64,000 nucleotides of DNA, taken from positions 3,456,001 through 3,520,000 of the forward strand of contig OY761556.1 of the NCBI GenBank assembly GCA_963664705.1. The letters run 5' to 3'. The notes beneath the pieces were generated by a model. The model had not been told where the DNA came from, did not search any database, and worked only from the letters and a program-made list of their open reading frames with translations. How positions within the stretch are numbered: position 1 is the stretch's first letter; each line of letters begins with the position of its first letter. A program made the position numbers and the translations under genes. The stretch is from Acidobacteriota bacterium (GTDB taxonomy: Bacteria; Acidobacteriota; UBA6911). Positions 32,490 through 43,851 of this stretch are shown here, piece by piece.

Positions 32490-32596
32490 ATTTTGCTTAT
32501 CGTCCGACCGGGGCTTCGGCAGAATTCATTTTTGTATGACATAAAAGGAATTCTCTGAAGGTGCGTCGTCAAGTACAATAAACAAGCCCGGAGGGC

Positions 32597-33127
32597 ATGG
32601 ATATGGCTGAAAGGAAACTGGCGGATTCGGTCGCAGAACACAGAAAAAAATCGGAACAAAATGTTGGAGTGGCAGTCATCACCCTTTCCACATCCCGCTC
32701 GCTGGATACGGACAAATCAGGGGACGTGATTCAGCAGCTTCTGGAACAGAATGGACACACGGTTCACGTGCGAAAGGTTATTCCCGACAGTCGCAATGTG
32801 CTGCGCGCTACCTTGCGGGAATTGACGAGGGAAAAAAAGGTGCAGGCCATCATTACAAACGGCGGCACCGGCCTGTCGCCAATGGATGTAACGATAGAAG
32901 CCGTGCAGGGAATGCTCGACAAGGAGCTGCCGGGATTCAATTCCCTCTTTATGCTGCTTAGCTACCCGCAGGTAAAAAGCGCAGCCATGCTGTCTCGCGC
33001 CCTGGCTGGTACCATCAAGGGCAAAATCATTTTCTGTCTCCCCGGAAGTCCCAGGGCCTGCAAACTCGCCACGGAATCCCTGATCCTGCCGGAACTGGGA
33101 CACATTCTGATGCTGTTGGGCAGCTAA
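32597..33127 (+). CDS. moaB: Molybdenum cofactor biosynthesis protein MoaB/Mog
   Basis: VITLS, DKSG, TNGGTGLSPMDVT.EA, LPGF, AMLSRA, LPGSP. Confidence 0.9.
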   Translation: MDMAERKLADSVAEHRKKSEQNVGVAVITLSTSRSLDTDKSGDVIQQLLEQNGHTVHVRKVIPDSRNVLRATLRELTREKKVQAIITNGGTGLSPMDVTIEAVQGMLDKELPGFNSLFMLLSYPQVKSAAMLSRALAGTIKGKIIFCLPGSPRACKLATESLILPELGHILMLLGS

Positions 33128-33808
33128 ATGACGGTTCCTGCAATGCATCCATGCCGTCTTTTCATATTCGACCTCGACGGGACCCTGATAAACTCACGCG
33201 CCGACATTGCCCTTTCTCTGAATATTGCGCTTCAGCGTGTGTCGCTCCCGGTTTTATCGGAATCGTGCATAGCCGATTTTGTAGGGGAAGGCGTGCCCAG
33301 GCTTGTGCAACGAGCCATCAGTGCATCGGCAAAGCGTGAACCGGAAGCGGATCTGGTTCAAAAGGTCATGGCTCTGTTCCGCGAAGAATATGGACGACAC
33401 CTCCTGGATCAGACCTGCCTTTTCCCCGGCACCGAGGATGCCTTAAACCGCCTCTCATGGGCACAATTCGCAGTCGTATCCAATAAGCCCGAGCAGTTTT
33501 CGCGGCGCATTCTGGACAGCCTGGGCATTGGACATCGATTCCGCGTCATCTTCGGAGGCGACAGTGTTGAAAAACGCAAACCCGACCCCGAAGCTCTTTT
33601 AAAAGCAATGAAGATCTGCCGGACCTCGCCGTCCGAAACGGCCATGGTTGGAGACAGCGGGGTCGATATTCAAGCCGGCAAGGCCGCGGGGGCCCTCACT
33701 TGCGGAGTACTCGGGGGATTCCGCCCCAGGGAAGAACTCGAAGCGGCAGGCTGCGATTTGATTATTGAAAATCTGATGAATCTCGCCGATCACTTTTGCC
33801 CCGCATAA
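33128..33808 (+). CDS. HAD-IA hydrolase, phosphoglycolate phosphatase-like
   Basis: FDLDGTLINS, SNK, KPDPE, MVGDS..DIQAG. Confidence 0.88.
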   Translation: MTVPAMHPCRLFIFDLDGTLINSRADIALSLNIALQRVSLPVLSESCIADFVGEGVPRLVQRAISASAKREPEADLVQKVMALFREEYGRHLLDQTCLFPGTEDALNRLSWAQFAVVSNKPEQFSRRILDSLGIGHRFRVIFGGDSVEKRKPDPEALLKAMKICRTSPSETAMVGDSGVDIQAGKAAGALTCGVLGGFRPREELEAAGCDLIIENLMNLADHFCPA

Positions 33809-33830
33809 TATCGGGAACGCGGGACGGCCC

Positions 33831-33865
33831 GGAATCCGGATTCCAGATTTCGGATTCCAGATTCC
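33831..33865. repeat. Tandem heptamer repeat (RGATTCC-like, 5 copies)
   Basis: GGAATCC GGATTCC AGATTTC GGATTCC AGATTCC between convergent genes. Confidence 0.7.
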
Positions 33866-33873
33866 AGACAATT

Positions 33874-33892
33874 ACTGCCGCGACGCGGCAGC
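33874..33892 (-). promoter_or_regulatory. Putative bacterial SECIS hairpin
   Basis: Minus strand GCTGCCGC-GTC-GCGGCAGT; the stem starts after a 10-nt spacer from the in-frame UGA and the loop begins with GU. Confidence 0.7.
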
Positions 33893-33896
33893 CACT

Positions 33897-34073
33897 TTAG
33901 CATCAGCGGTGCGGACGGGAGTACTTTTCGTTCAGTCGGCTGACATAGAACTCGCCGGCGGTCTGTATCCGCACTCCAGGATGCTTCAGCCTTGCATGCT
34001 CGCAGTAGCGCGCATACTCGCCCTCTCCCATTATCTGCGCCAGCAGGTTCCACCATTTTCGTATCAGCTGCAT
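33897..34073 (-). CDS. CstA-associated YbdD/YjiX (DUF466) family selenoprotein, 58 aa, ending R-U-C
   Basis: MQLIRKWW...GEGEYARYCEH....HPG......EFY..R..EKY..P.R followed by TGA TGC TAA; family members end RCC; lies 7 nt downstream of cstA. Confidence 0.85.
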
Positions 34074-34080
34074 AGGCCCC

Positions 34081-36159
34081 CTATTCGTACGCCGTAACCC
34101 GGTACTCCGCTTCGCACAGAACCGGCACCTTGCGTCGGCTGAGGATAGCAAGCCACTCGCGGGCGCAATCAAGGAGAATCACCAGCACCATGATTGCAAA
34201 AAGTCCTGTCACCGCGGCATCCAGACGATTATTGAATATTTGCCTGTGAACCATGGCTACCTGATTTACAGGAACCTTCCCGGCCTCGACCAGATGGGTC
34301 AACCGATTGGCTTCAGCGATAAATCCTATCCGCGGATCCGGATGAAAGATCTTCTGAATTCCAGCGGTCTGAGTCGCCAGCACAAGCCATAGCATCGGGA
34401 TGATGGTAATCCAGGCATGCCGGGCCTTGTTCATTTTGATCAGGATGCTGGTAGCCACGCACAGCGCCACGACCGCCAGCAATTGGTTGGCGATCCCGAA
34501 CAAGGGCCAAAGGCTGTTTATGCCTCCCAGGGGATCCATCACCCCCTGGTAGAGGAAATAGCCCCAGCCGGACACAATGAGCAGGCTGGAAAGGAGAACG
34601 CTGGGGTACCAGCTTGTGCGTCCCATCGGTTTCCAGACGTGCCCGAGAAGATCCTGCAGCAGAAACCGGCCCACACGGCTTCCGGCATCCAGCACTGTAA
34701 GAATGAACAGCGCCTCAAACATGATGGCAAAGTGGTACCAGTAGGCAGTCAGAGCATTGCCTCCAAGCGTTTTGGCAAAGATATGGGCCATTCCCACCGC
34801 GAGCGAAGGGGCGCCGCCCGTGCGCGCAAACATGGTCTGTTCTCCGACGAGACTGGTCAGATGCTGCATATCCGCAGGCGTGACCGTATATCCCCACGAG
34901 GAAATCATGGCTGTAGCCGCCACCGGATCGGTACCGACAATTCCTGCCGGGCTGTTAATGGCAAAATAGATGCCCGGCTGCAGCACACAAGCCGCAATCA
35001 TGGCCATAATCCCGACGAATGATTCCATCAGCATTGAACCATATCCAATCAGGCGCGCCTGACTCTCTTTCATGATCAATTTGGGCGTTGTCCCGGAAGA
35101 GATAAGAGCATGGAAGCCGGAGACGGCGCCGCAGGCAATCGTGATAAAGGCAAACGGAAATATCTTTCCGGAAAAAACCGGGCCCGTGCCATCCACAAAC
35201 CGCGATAAAGCAGGCATGGCAAGAGTCGGGTGAACCACCAGTATCCCCAAGGCCAGCAGCAGTATTGTCCCGAGCTTGATGAAGGTGCTCAAATAATCCC
35301 GCGGCGCAAGGAGGAGCCAGACCGGCAGAACAGACGCGGCAAATCCGTAGGCGATAATCATCAATGCAAGATGTCTGGCATCAAACGTAAACATGGACGC
35401 CAGGGCTGGAACTCGGGCAACGTATTGCCCGCCGACGACGGCCGCAAGCACCAGGATAAATCCCAGCAATGATGTTTCCAGAACTTTGCCCGGACGCAGG
35501 TACCGCAGATACACTCCCATCAACAGGGCAATGGGAATGGTCATTGCAAGTGTAAAAGTTCCCCAGGGGCTTGATTTGAGCGCGTTGGTGATAACAAGCG
35601 CGATAACAGCAAGAAGGATGACAAGAATGGAGATGATAGCGCACAGGGCCGTTAGGCCGGCAATGGGCCCGACTTCCTCTTTGGCAATCTGTCCCAGCGA
35701 TTTTCCGTTTCGTCGCATGGAAGCAAACAGAATAACAAAATCCTGTACACATCCACCCAGAACGGCTCCGATGATCAGCCACAGCGTGCCCGGCAGATAG
35801 CCCAACTGTGCGGCTAACGTGGGGCCCACAAGCGGGCCAGGACCCGCGATAGCGGCAAAATGATGACCCAGGAGTATCCACTTATTCGTCGGAACGAAAT
35901 CGCGCCCGTCCTCCAGCCTTTCCGCGGGAGTGGCTCGCGTGTCATCCAGCTGCATGACCTTGAACGCAATGAAACGGCTGTAAAAGCGATAACCGACCAG
36001 ATAAACACACACCGAGGCAACGATGATCCACATTGCGTTGATCGGCTCGCGTCGGTTCAAGGCTACCGCACCGAGTGCGCTCGCGCCGAGCACGCTGATC
36101 ACAATCCATACGAGGATGCGAACACCCCTGCGCCAACTGTTCTTTGCGAAAGAACTCAT
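34081..36159 (-). CDS. cstA: Carbon starvation protein A family transporter
   Basis: [57 protein letters not shown]; ATG 36159 with AAGGAG RBS. Confidence 0.95.
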   Translation of the reverse strand: MSSFAKNSWRRGVRILVWIVISVLGASALGAVALNRREPINAMWIIVASVCVYLVGYRFYSRFIAFKVMQLDDTRATPAERLEDGRDFVPTNKWILLGHHFAAIAGPGPLVGPTLAAQLGYLPGTLWLIIGAVLGGCVQDFVILFASMRRNGKSLGQIAKEEVGPIAGLTALCAIISILVILLAVIALVITNALKSSPWGTFTLAMTIPIALLMGVYLRYLRPGKVLETSLLGFILVLAAVVGGQYVARVPALASMFTFDARHLALMIIAYGFAASVLPVWLLLAPRDYLSTFIKLGTILLLALGILVVHPTLAMPALSRFVDGTGPVFSGKIFPFAFITIACGAVSGFHALISSGTTPKLIMKESQARLIGYGSMLMESFVGIMAMIAACVLQPGIYFAINSPAGIVGTDPVAATAMISSWGYTVTPADMQHLTSLVGEQTMFARTGGAPSLAVGMAHIFAKTLGGNALTAYWYHFAIMFEALFILTVLDAGSRVGRFLLQDLLGHVWKPMGRTSWYPSVLLSSLLIVSGWGYFLYQGVMDPLGGINSLWPLFGIANQLLAVVALCVATSILIKMNKARHAWITIIPMLWLVLATQTAGIQKIFHPDPRIGFIAEANRLTHLVEAGKVPVNQVAMVHRQIFNNRLDAAVTGLFAIMVLVILLDCAREWLAILSRRKVPVLCEAEYRVTAYE

Positions 36160-36415
36160 ACTTGCTCCTTCAGAAGATTTTGCCGTAAAAGCCAAGAGCC
36201 TAGTGCGTTCTTGTCCATATTTCAACCATTTGCAGTCAGAAGACGCCATTGCCCAGGCGATTTGTGGAATTTTTCGCCCGGGGGCATGGGAGCCGGCTAC
36301 AGATTTCCAAATGAATCTCTTGATCGCAAGATCGAATTGCCTATAAATAATAAAGGAGGGTTCCCTCCCAGAATTCTCCGTGATATTGTTTTTGCATCCC
36401 TCCTGGAAAAAGACT

Positions 36416-37075
36416 ATGGCCAAGACAGTCGCTCTTTACAGATTATCGATCGGACAAAAGTTGGTTTCAGCAATCACGGGGTTGTTTCTATGCGCGTTCC
36501 TCGTGGTGCACATTTCAGGGAATCTACTGCTATTCAAAAACGACGACGGCCTGGCATTCAATGCCTACGCCACCGCCAATGCTTCCAGCCTGCTGATCCG
36601 GACAATTGAGATAGGGCTTTTTGCGGGATTCTGTATCCATATTTTTTGGGGCATCCAGTTCTGGTTCTTCAACCACCGCGCGCGCCCGAAGAACTATGAA
36701 GTCCGTCATGCTTCGGAAAACAGTGATCTGTTCTCCCGGATCATGCTTTTGTCAGGCAGCCTCGTTCTGCTTTTCCTGGTAGTGCACCTGAAAAGCTTTT
36801 GGGTTCCCATGCGCTTTACAGGCGGCAAAGAGGTTTCGGATTACCTGATCGTGCAGACTGCATTCCAGAACCCTCTGTACGATGTTTTCTATATCGCCTG
36901 CCTGGCGCTGCTTGCATTCCATCTGCGCCAGGGATTCCAGTCGGCTTTTCAAACGCTTGGAATTCGCTCCATCTGGCGAATGGCCATTGAGACCGTCGCG
37001 GTCATCTTCTGGCTGTTTATACCGATTGGATTTGCAACCATGCCGCTGTATTTCCTTCTGAAGGGAGCTCGATGA
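36416..37075 (+). CDS. sdhC: Succinate dehydrogenase / fumarate reductase cytochrome b subunit (single-anchor type)
   Basis: [21 protein letters not shown], heme-ligand His residues, [14 protein letters not shown]; first gene of the operon. Confidence 0.9.
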   Translation: MAKTVALYRLSIGQKLVSAITGLFLCAFLVVHISGNLLLFKNDDGLAFNAYATANASSLLIRTIEIGLFAGFCIHIFWGIQFWFFNHRARPKNYEVRHASENSDLFSRIMLLSGSLVLLFLVVHLKSFWVPMRFTGGKEVSDYLIVQTAFQNPLYDVFYIACLALLAFHLRQGFQSAFQTLGIRSIWRMAIETVAVIFWLFIPIGFATMPLYFLLKGAR

Positions 37076-38991
37076 CAATGGACCTGAATGCAAGAGTTCC
37101 GGAAGGCCCTATCGAGAAAAAATGGGATTCATACCGGTTCAACATGAAGCTGGTAAATCCCGCGAATAAACGAAAATATCACATCATCGTCGTAGGCACC
37201 GGGCTGGCAGGATCCTCGGCGGCAGCATCCCTGGCAGAGTTGGGATACCGGGTAACGGCGCTGTGCTATCACGAATCCCCGCGTCGCGCACACAGTATCG
37301 CCGCCCAGGGCGGAATCAATGCACCCAAAAACTATGCCAACGATGGAGACAGCGTTTTTCGCCTTTTCTATGACACGGTCAAAGGCGGCGACTATCGCTC
37401 CCGCGAGGCAAATGTCTACCGGCTGGCCCAGGTCAGCGGCAGCATCATTGATCAGTGCGTCGCCCAGGGCGTCCCCTTTGCCCGCGAGTATGGAGGCCTC
37501 CTCGAAACGCGTTCATTTGGAGGCACGCAGGTTTCCCGCACGTTCTATGCTCGCGGCCAGACCGGCCAGCAGCTGCTTTTGGGTGCATACCAGTCCCTCA
37601 GCCGACAGATTGCCCTGGGAAATGTGCAGCTATTGGGCCGGAGAGAAATGCTGGACCTCGTCGTCATCGATGGACAGGCGCGAGGCATTGTTATACGAAA
37701 TCTTCTGAACGGAAAAATCGAGTCGCTGGTCGGAGATGCTGTGGTTCTGGCTACAGGCGGCTATTCCAACGTATTTTATCTCTCGACCAACGCAAGAATG
37801 TCTAATGCGACCGCGATCTGGCGCGCCTATAAGCGAGGCGCCTATTTTGCGAATCCCTGCTTTACCCAGATTCACCCGACCTGCATTCCCCTTTCCAGTG
37901 AACACCAATCCAAACTCACATTGATGAGCGAGAGCCTTCGCAATGATGGTCGCATCTGGGTTCCCAAAGCCAAAGGCGACAAACGGAATCCCAGCCAGAT
38001 TCCGGAAGCCGACAGAGACTACTACCTGGAGCGGCTCTATCCATCCTTCGGCAACCTGGTACCACGCGATGTTGCCTCGCGCAGAGCGAAAGAGATGTGT
38101 GACAAAGGCCTGGGAGTCGGACCAACCGGAGTGGCGGTGTACCTGGATTTCCGCGATACGATTGCCCGCCATGGGAAATCCTGGATCGTGGAAAAATATG
38201 AAAACCTCTTCGACATGTATCAACAGATCACGGGAGAAAATGCCTTTGAATCACCCATGCGGATCTACCCGGCCCTTCACTACACGATGGGAGGCCTATG
38301 GGTGGACTACGGCCTCATGAGCTCGATCCCTGGATTGTTCGTGATCGGAGAAGCCAACTTCTCGGATCACGGTGCCAACAGACTGGGAGCGAGCGCCCTG
38401 ATGCAGGGGCTTGCCGACGGGTATTTCATCCTGCCGTATACGATAGGCGACTACCTGGCAACCGGCAGATTCCCGGCAGTCGATAGCGCACATGCCGCCT
38501 TTAGAGATGCGGAACAGGAGGTTGCCACTGCCATTCATAAACTGATGAATCTGCCCGGGAAGCGGGCGGTCGATGACTTCCATAAAGAACTCGGAAAAAT
38601 TTTATGGGAATACTGCGGCATGGCCCGGAATGCATCCGGCTTAAAAAAGGCACTCGACCTGATCCCGAAATTGCGAGAGGAATTCTGGCGCGATGTTCGG
38701 ATCCCGGGAAGTTCGGAAGATTTTAATCAGGAAGTTGAAAAAGCTCAACGCCTGGCCGACTTTCTGGAACTGGGACAACTTGTGGTCGAGGACGCGCTTC
38801 ATCGCGAGGAATCCTGCGGCGGGCATTTTCGCGAGGAACACCAAACCGATGAAAACGAAGCCAAACGGGATGATGAGCATTACGGCTATGTTGCGGCGTG
38901 GGAATTCCAGGGGACCGGGAACCCTCCCAGGCTGAACAAGGAACCGCTCGAGTTCGAATATGCAAAGCCTTCCCAAAGGAGCTATAAGTAA
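37072..38991 (+). CDS. sdhA: Succinate dehydrogenase / fumarate reductase flavoprotein
   Basis: [54 protein letters not shown]. Confidence 0.96.
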   Translation: MTMDLNARVPEGPIEKKWDSYRFNMKLVNPANKRKYHIIVVGTGLAGSSAAASLAELGYRVTALCYHESPRRAHSIAAQGGINAPKNYANDGDSVFRLFYDTVKGGDYRSREANVYRLAQVSGSIIDQCVAQGVPFAREYGGLLETRSFGGTQVSRTFYARGQTGQQLLLGAYQSLSRQIALGNVQLLGRREMLDLVVIDGQARGIVIRNLLNGKIESLVGDAVVLATGGYSNVFYLSTNARMSNATAIWRAYKRGAYFANPCFTQIHPTCIPLSSEHQSKLTLMSESLRNDGRIWVPKAKGDKRNPSQIPEADRDYYLERLYPSFGNLVPRDVASRRAKEMCDKGLGVGPTGVAVYLDFRDTIARHGKSWIVEKYENLFDMYQQITGENAFESPMRIYPALHYTMGGLWVDYGLMSSIPGLFVIGEANFSDHGANRLGASALMQGLADGYFILPYTIGDYLATGRFPAVDSAHAAFRDAEQEVATAIHKLMNLPGKRAVDDFHKELGKILWEYCGMARNASGLKKALDLIPKLREEFWRDVRIPGSSEDFNQEVEKAQRLADFLELGQLVVEDALHREESCGGHFREEHQTDENEAKRDDEHYGYVAAWEFQGTGNPPRLNKEPLEFEYAKPSQRSYK

Positions 38992-39735
38992 ATGATGCGT
39001 ATCACTCTCAGAATCTGGCGCCAGAAAGATGGGAAAAGCGAGGGGAAGCTGGTCAATTATGAACTCTCGAATGTCACACCCGACATGTCTTTCCTGGAAA
39101 TGATGGATCTTCTCAACCTCGAACTCGCACGCAAAGGAGAGGATACGATCGCTTTCGACAGCGACTGCCGTGAAGGCATCTGTGGAACCTGCTGCCTTCA
39201 GATCAACGGGAGGCCGCATGGACCGCTGCGCGGCGTCGCATCCTGTCAATTGCACATGCGCAGTTTTAAGGACGGCGATACCATTGTCGTGGAACCCTTC
39301 CGGGCAAAGGCGTTTCCGTTGATTAAAGACCTGGTCATCGATCGCACCGCCTTCGAACGCATCATTCAGTCCGGAGGTTACATCGCCGTTAAAACCGGCG
39401 GCACACCTGATGCCAACGCAATCCCAATTCCCAAGCTTGTCGGGGAGGCTGCCTTTGAATCCGCCGCCTGTATTGGCTGCGGCGCCTGCGTAGCTGCCTG
39501 CAAAAATGCCTCTGCCATGCTTTTTGTATCTTCCAAGGTCGCCCACCTCGGGATGCTCCCCCAGGGAAACGCGGAACGCAAGCAGCGCGTGGCGAATATG
39601 GTCGCCCAAATGGACGCGGAGGGATTTGGAGGCTGCTCCAATACCTATGCGTGCGAGGTGGAATGCCCTAAGCTCATTTCCGTGGATAACATTTCATATT
39701 TGAATCGCGAGCTTATCCGCGCGAAACTTTTCTGA
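38992..39735 (+). CDS. sdhB: Succinate dehydrogenase / fumarate reductase Fe-S subunit
   Basis: [33 protein letters not shown]. Confidence 0.96.
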   Translation: MMRITLRIWRQKDGKSEGKLVNYELSNVTPDMSFLEMMDLLNLELARKGEDTIAFDSDCREGICGTCCLQINGRPHGPLRGVASCQLHMRSFKDGDTIVVEPFRAKAFPLIKDLVIDRTAFERIIQSGGYIAVKTGGTPDANAIPIPKLVGEAAFESAACIGCGACVAACKNASAMLFVSSKVAHLGMLPQGNAERKQRVANMVAQMDAEGFGGCSNTYACEVECPKLISVDNISYLNRELIRAKLF

Positions 39736-39798
39736 GAATCAAAGAGTGGAATTCCAAATCCGAGATCTGGATTCCGTCCCCTCTGGTACACTAAAAAC

Positions 39799-40275
39799 AT
39801 GCGCATCAGTGCCGGATTGCTCATGTATCGCTTCCATAATGGAGAGACCCAGGTCTTTCTTGCTCATCCCGGCGGTCCGCTCTTCCGGAAAAAAGATGAT
39901 GGTCACTGGACAATTCCAAAAGGCGAACTGCCGGAAGGGGAATCTCTGCTGGCTGCCGCACTTCGGGAGTTCGAAGAGGAAACGGGGATCAAACCACACG
40001 GCACTTTTCTCGAACTGGGATCTATCCGGCAGAAGAGCGGCAAGGTCGTCCATGCATGGGCCTTCGAGGGCAATCCGGATGAATCGCAGCCGATTCGGAG
40101 CAATACTTTTGAAATGGAATGGCCACCCGGATCAGGAATCCGGCAGCACTTCCCGGAAGTCGATCGTGCCTGCTTTTTTTCGCTGCCCGAAGCCAAGGGA
40201 AAATTGAAAGATACCCAGTGGCCGCTTGTCGAGCGCCTGGTTTCGATCCTGGAAGGCGCGGCCCAAAAGGAGTGA
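39799..40275 (+). CDS. NUDIX hydrolase
   Basis: SAGLLMYR, HPGGP, Nudix box KGE..EGE....AALREFEEETG, EWPP.SG, FPEVDR. Confidence 0.92.
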   Translation: MRISAGLLMYRFHNGETQVFLAHPGGPLFRKKDDGHWTIPKGELPEGESLLAAALREFEEETGIKPHGTFLELGSIRQKSGKVVHAWAFEGNPDESQPIRSNTFEMEWPPGSGIRQHFPEVDRACFFSLPEAKGKLKDTQWPLVERLVSILEGAAQKE

Positions 40276-40277
40276 CA

Positions 40278-41552
40278 ATGCGAGTGCTGATGATATCCGG
40301 CAACCGTGAAGATGTTGATATCCGAGTCCCCGCACTGGGGCTGGCTTGTGTGGCCGCCGCAGCCGAGAATGCCGGCCATGAAACGCGCCTCCTGGACCTG
40401 ATGACCACAGAGTCTCCACGAGAGGCTGTTGCAGAATGCATTCGTCAGTTTCAGCCGCAAACCATCGGCCTCTCAGTGCGAAATATCGACGATCAGCGAA
40501 TGCGGAATACCAGATTTCTTCTCGATCAGGCTGGCGATGCAGTCACCTGGTGCCGTGAATCCACGGATGCTCCGATCGTACTCGGCGGCGCTGGATTCAG
40601 TATTCTTCCGCAACCCATCCTGGATTATCTCGGAGCCGAAATGGGCATCCAGGGGGAAGGAGAAGCCGTTTTCCCTGAGCTTCTCAAACGCATTGACAAG
40701 GGTGAAGATGCCACCGATATTCCAGGGGTTTTTCAGAAAGGCAAGCCGGCTCCGATCAAACGATTGTTTACCAAGGGACTGGATGCATTCCCTCTCCCCG
40801 ATCCTTCCCTGCTGGCTCGCTCCCTGACCGGCGCCAAAGACGCTCCAGTCCCGGTACAAACCCGACGTGGTTGTCCGCTTTCCTGCAGTTATTGCTCCAC
40901 GCCGACTATCGAGGGCAAGTTGGTTCGCTGGCGCTCTCCGGAGACCATCGTGGCGTGGATGAGCCGCTGGGTCGAGGAGGGGTTTCGCTATTTCTATTTT
41001 GTCGATAATACCTTTAATCTGCCGCCTGCCTATGCGAGACAATTGTGCACCAGGATCCTGGAGGCGGGATTGGAAATCACGTGGAGATGCATCCTCTTCC
41101 CTGGCGGTCTTGACGAACGGGTTATCGAAATGATGGCCCGGGCAGGATGCAAAGAAGTCAGCCTCGGATTCGAAAGCGGGTCCGAGAACATCCTTCAGGG
41201 AATGAGGAAGCCTTTCGCTCAACGAGAAATTATTGCTGCATCCCAGTCACTGCGGCGCTTTGGCATCCGAACGATGGGATTCCTTCTGCTCGGCGGACCG
41301 GGCGAAACAAAGGAATCCGTGCGGCAGAGCCTGATGTTCGCCGAATCTCTCAATCTGGACAGCATGAAATTGAGCGTAGGTATCCGCATTTATCCGCACA
41401 CCGAAGTGGCTCGACTCGCCTTGCAGGAAAACCTGATCACTTCGGAGCAGGATCTTCTTTCGCCCAGATTTTATGTGGCCAATGGTCTGCAGGACTGGAT
41501 CTACGAGACTGTATCGGACTGTATCGCCGACAAACCGAACTGGATTTTTTAA
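40278..41552 (+). CDS. Cobalamin-binding radical SAM protein
   Basis: B12-binding N-terminus (PALGLA, SVRNIDD, LGGAGFS, GEGE) and RGCPLSCSYC; ATG 40278 with AGGAG RBS. Confidence 0.9.
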   Translation: MRVLMISGNREDVDIRVPALGLACVAAAAENAGHETRLLDLMTTESPREAVAECIRQFQPQTIGLSVRNIDDQRMRNTRFLLDQAGDAVTWCRESTDAPIVLGGAGFSILPQPILDYLGAEMGIQGEGEAVFPELLKRIDKGEDATDIPGVFQKGKPAPIKRLFTKGLDAFPLPDPSLLARSLTGAKDAPVPVQTRRGCPLSCSYCSTPTIEGKLVRWRSPETIVAWMSRWVEEGFRYFYFVDNTFNLPPAYARQLCTRILEAGLEITWRCILFPGGLDERVIEMMARAGCKEVSLGFESGSENILQGMRKPFAQREIIAASQSLRRFGIRTMGFLLLGGPGETKESVRQSLMFAESLNLDSMKLSVGIRIYPHTEVARLALQENLITSEQDLLSPRFYVANGLQDWIYETVSDCIADKPNWIF

Positions 41553-41763
41553 AAGTGACGCGATAGATTTGAAGTCAGGAGGCCTGGAATCTGGGATCGG
41601 GAAAGCCTTGTCATTTCCGGCTTTCCGGCATCCGGCTTCTTAAGTATGCAATGACTTCGGCTTTGCTTATTGGTACAATTCAGTTCCCCCCTATTTTGGC
41701 TCATTTCATCGAGGTCCGATTTCTATTCGAATCTTCATTCATTCCTTGATTTGAAGGATTCAT

Positions 41764-43386
41764 ATGTCAAAAAGAATATCAACACAGGTGCAGCGATCCG
41801 TCCTGGCATGCGTTGCAGACAATGATGATTTACGCGTTCTCCAAAGCGCGCTGGCGTCACAATCGGCGGAGGCCATTGTATGCCGGGACATGCCTGAGCT
41901 GTGCGCCATGATTTCCGACCAGGCTGAAGCTGTCTTCATCGGCAGCGAAATACTTGCGCCGGAATCAAACCCACTTCTTGCTCAGGCGCTGCAGGCTCAG
42001 CCGGACTGGTCGGACATTCCAGTCATCTTATCCGTTCCAACGGGTGTGGAGGCTCCTTTGGCTGCGCAGGCAGCCAAAGAACTGGGGAACCTGTTCATTC
42101 TGGACCATCCGGTTACGCACGCTGCAATAAAAAGCGCCTTGCTGCCCGCGTTCAGGAGTCGGGAACGACAACGCTGGATCCGCGATCTCATGAAGGAATG
42201 CGAACATGCCACGAGATCCCTGCAGGAGTCCCGCAGGCAAATGGAACTGGCGGTTCAGGAGCGCACAAACGAATTGACCGAGGAAGCATCTCAACTGCGC
42301 CGCCTGACGGGCGCCCTGATTGTCAGCGAACAAAATGAACGCCGCCGTCTGGCAAAGGCCCTGCATGATAACCTTCAGCAACTGCTGGCCAGCGCCAAGT
42401 ACCGCGCGGCTTCGCTAAACCGGGTGGACAATCCGCCGGTAAAAGCCGCAGCACTGGAAATTGAGACAATGCTTGCGGAAGCCATGGAGGCCTCACGTTC
42501 GCTTGCATCGGAATTGACGCCACCTATCATTCACGAAAGCGGGCTTCGGACCGGAATGGAATGGCTGGTCAGCTATATGTCGGCGCAACATGGTTTCTCC
42601 GTCCGATTACAGATGAGAGAAGACTTCAGCCAGATCGATGAAAACCTACGGGTACTCCTCTTCGACTCAACCCGGGAACTCCTTTTGAACGCGTTGAAAC
42701 ACGGCAAGGTCAAATCCGCGGAACTCCTGGTACAACGGAATTCGGAGAATATGGTCGAAATACAAGTCGTAGATGAGGGCCCCGGTTTCCCGCTCGTTCC
42801 TGAACAGAAAGGCCTTGGGCTATTCAGAATCCGCCACAGGCTGGAGTTGATCAGCGGAAGACTTAGCATCGAAAGTACTCCGGGGAAAGGATCTCGCGTG
42901 CTGATTCACATGCCGGTTGCAGCCGCGAGTTCTGCAACCACGGATTCACAGCTGCTGGCCGAAGAAATCTCCAGATCCGACAGGCTGCTTGCCGGCATGA
43001 TCCGACTGCTGATTGTCGATGACCACGCCGTTATGAGGCAGGGGCTGTCTACTTCTCTCGGGCAGGAACCGGATATGACAATTATCGGAGAAGCAACAGA
43101 CGGCAAGACAGCCATTGAGAAAGCCCGCGGCCTGAATCCGGATGTCATCCTGATGGATCTTGGCATGCCTAAAATGAGCGGCATTGAGGCAACGCGGGTC
43201 ATTCATTCTGAAATGCCGAAAGTGCGCGTCATCGGATTATCCATGTTTGATGAAAAAGAACAGGCAAACGCCATGTTCGAAGCCGGAGCGGTCGCGTATT
43301 TAAGCAAGGGCTGTTCGGTGGATGCATTGACATCCACCATTCGACGCTGTGTCGGAAAATCCGAACTGCCGGTGGGTTCGGTGTAG
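41764..43386 (+). CDS. Hybrid sensor histidine kinase (pseudo-receiver, HisKA_3, HATPase, receiver)
   Basis: ERRRLAKALHDNLQQLL H-box, ELLLNALKH, DEGPGF, GLGL; C-terminal REC (VDDH, LMDLGMP, YLSK). Confidence 0.9.
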   Translation: MSKRISTQVQRSVLACVADNDDLRVLQSALASQSAEAIVCRDMPELCAMISDQAEAVFIGSEILAPESNPLLAQALQAQPDWSDIPVILSVPTGVEAPLAAQAAKELGNLFILDHPVTHAAIKSALLPAFRSRERQRWIRDLMKECEHATRSLQESRRQMELAVQERTNELTEEASQLRRLTGALIVSEQNERRRLAKALHDNLQQLLASAKYRAASLNRVDNPPVKAAALEIETMLAEAMEASRSLASELTPPIIHESGLRTGMEWLVSYMSAQHGFSVRLQMREDFSQIDENLRVLLFDSTRELLLNALKHGKVKSAELLVQRNSENMVEIQVVDEGPGFPLVPEQKGLGLFRIRHRLELISGRLSIESTPGKGSRVLIHMPVAAASSATTDSQLLAEEISRSDRLLAGMIRLLIVDDHAVMRQGLSTSLGQEPDMTIIGEATDGKTAIEKARGLNPDVILMDLGMPKMSGIEATRVIHSEMPKVRVIGLSMFDEKEQANAMFEAGAVAYLSKGCSVDALTSTIRRCVGKSELPVGSV

Positions 43387-43413
43387 CCGTCCAGGCGGAG
43401 TGTTTGCAAATGT

Positions 43414-43836
43414 ATGACCAGAATATTGCTCGTTGATGATCACGGGATGTTGCGAGAGCTGATTCGCGGGCTGCTGGAGTCAGAGCCCGGCCTTACCATT
43501 GTCGGCGAGGCAGAAGATGGCAGGAAAGGCCTGCAGCTTGCGGAAGCGCAAAAACCGGATCTGGTGATCAGCGATTTCCGGATGCAGGAAATGAATGGGC
43601 TCGAGATGATCCGGGAGATCCATTCATTTTCTCCCGGCACGCGAATCATCATCCACAGTATGCTGGAAGATCCGGCCTGTGTGGCCATGGCAATGGAAGC
43701 CGGTGCCTCCGGGTATGTCCTGAAGGGTTCCAGTTTTGATGATTTGCTGATGGCAATTCACATGGCCATTTCAGGCCAGCATTACATCAGCCCATCTCTG
43801 GTTGACCATAAGCCTCAAGCGCGCAGCATATCCTGA
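43414..43836 (+). CDS. Single-domain NarL-type response regulator without HTH
   Basis: VDDH, ISDFRM, GYVLK, YISP, then stop. Confidence 0.88.
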   Translation: MTRILLVDDHGMLRELIRGLLESEPGLTIVGEAEDGRKGLQLAEAQKPDLVISDFRMQEMNGLEMIREIHSFSPGTRIIIHSMLEDPACVAMAMEAGASGYVLKGSSFDDLLMAIHMAISGQHYISPSLVDHKPQARSIS

Positions 43837-43851
43837 TCTTCTGGCGCGCTT

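Noticed and set aside
36160-36423. N-terminal extensions in the ORF track for cstA, recQ, csp, tolC, aroK and both radical SAM genes
   Set aside because: They overlap neighbouring genes or promoters; family-like sequence and, in most cases, an RBS point to downstream starts.
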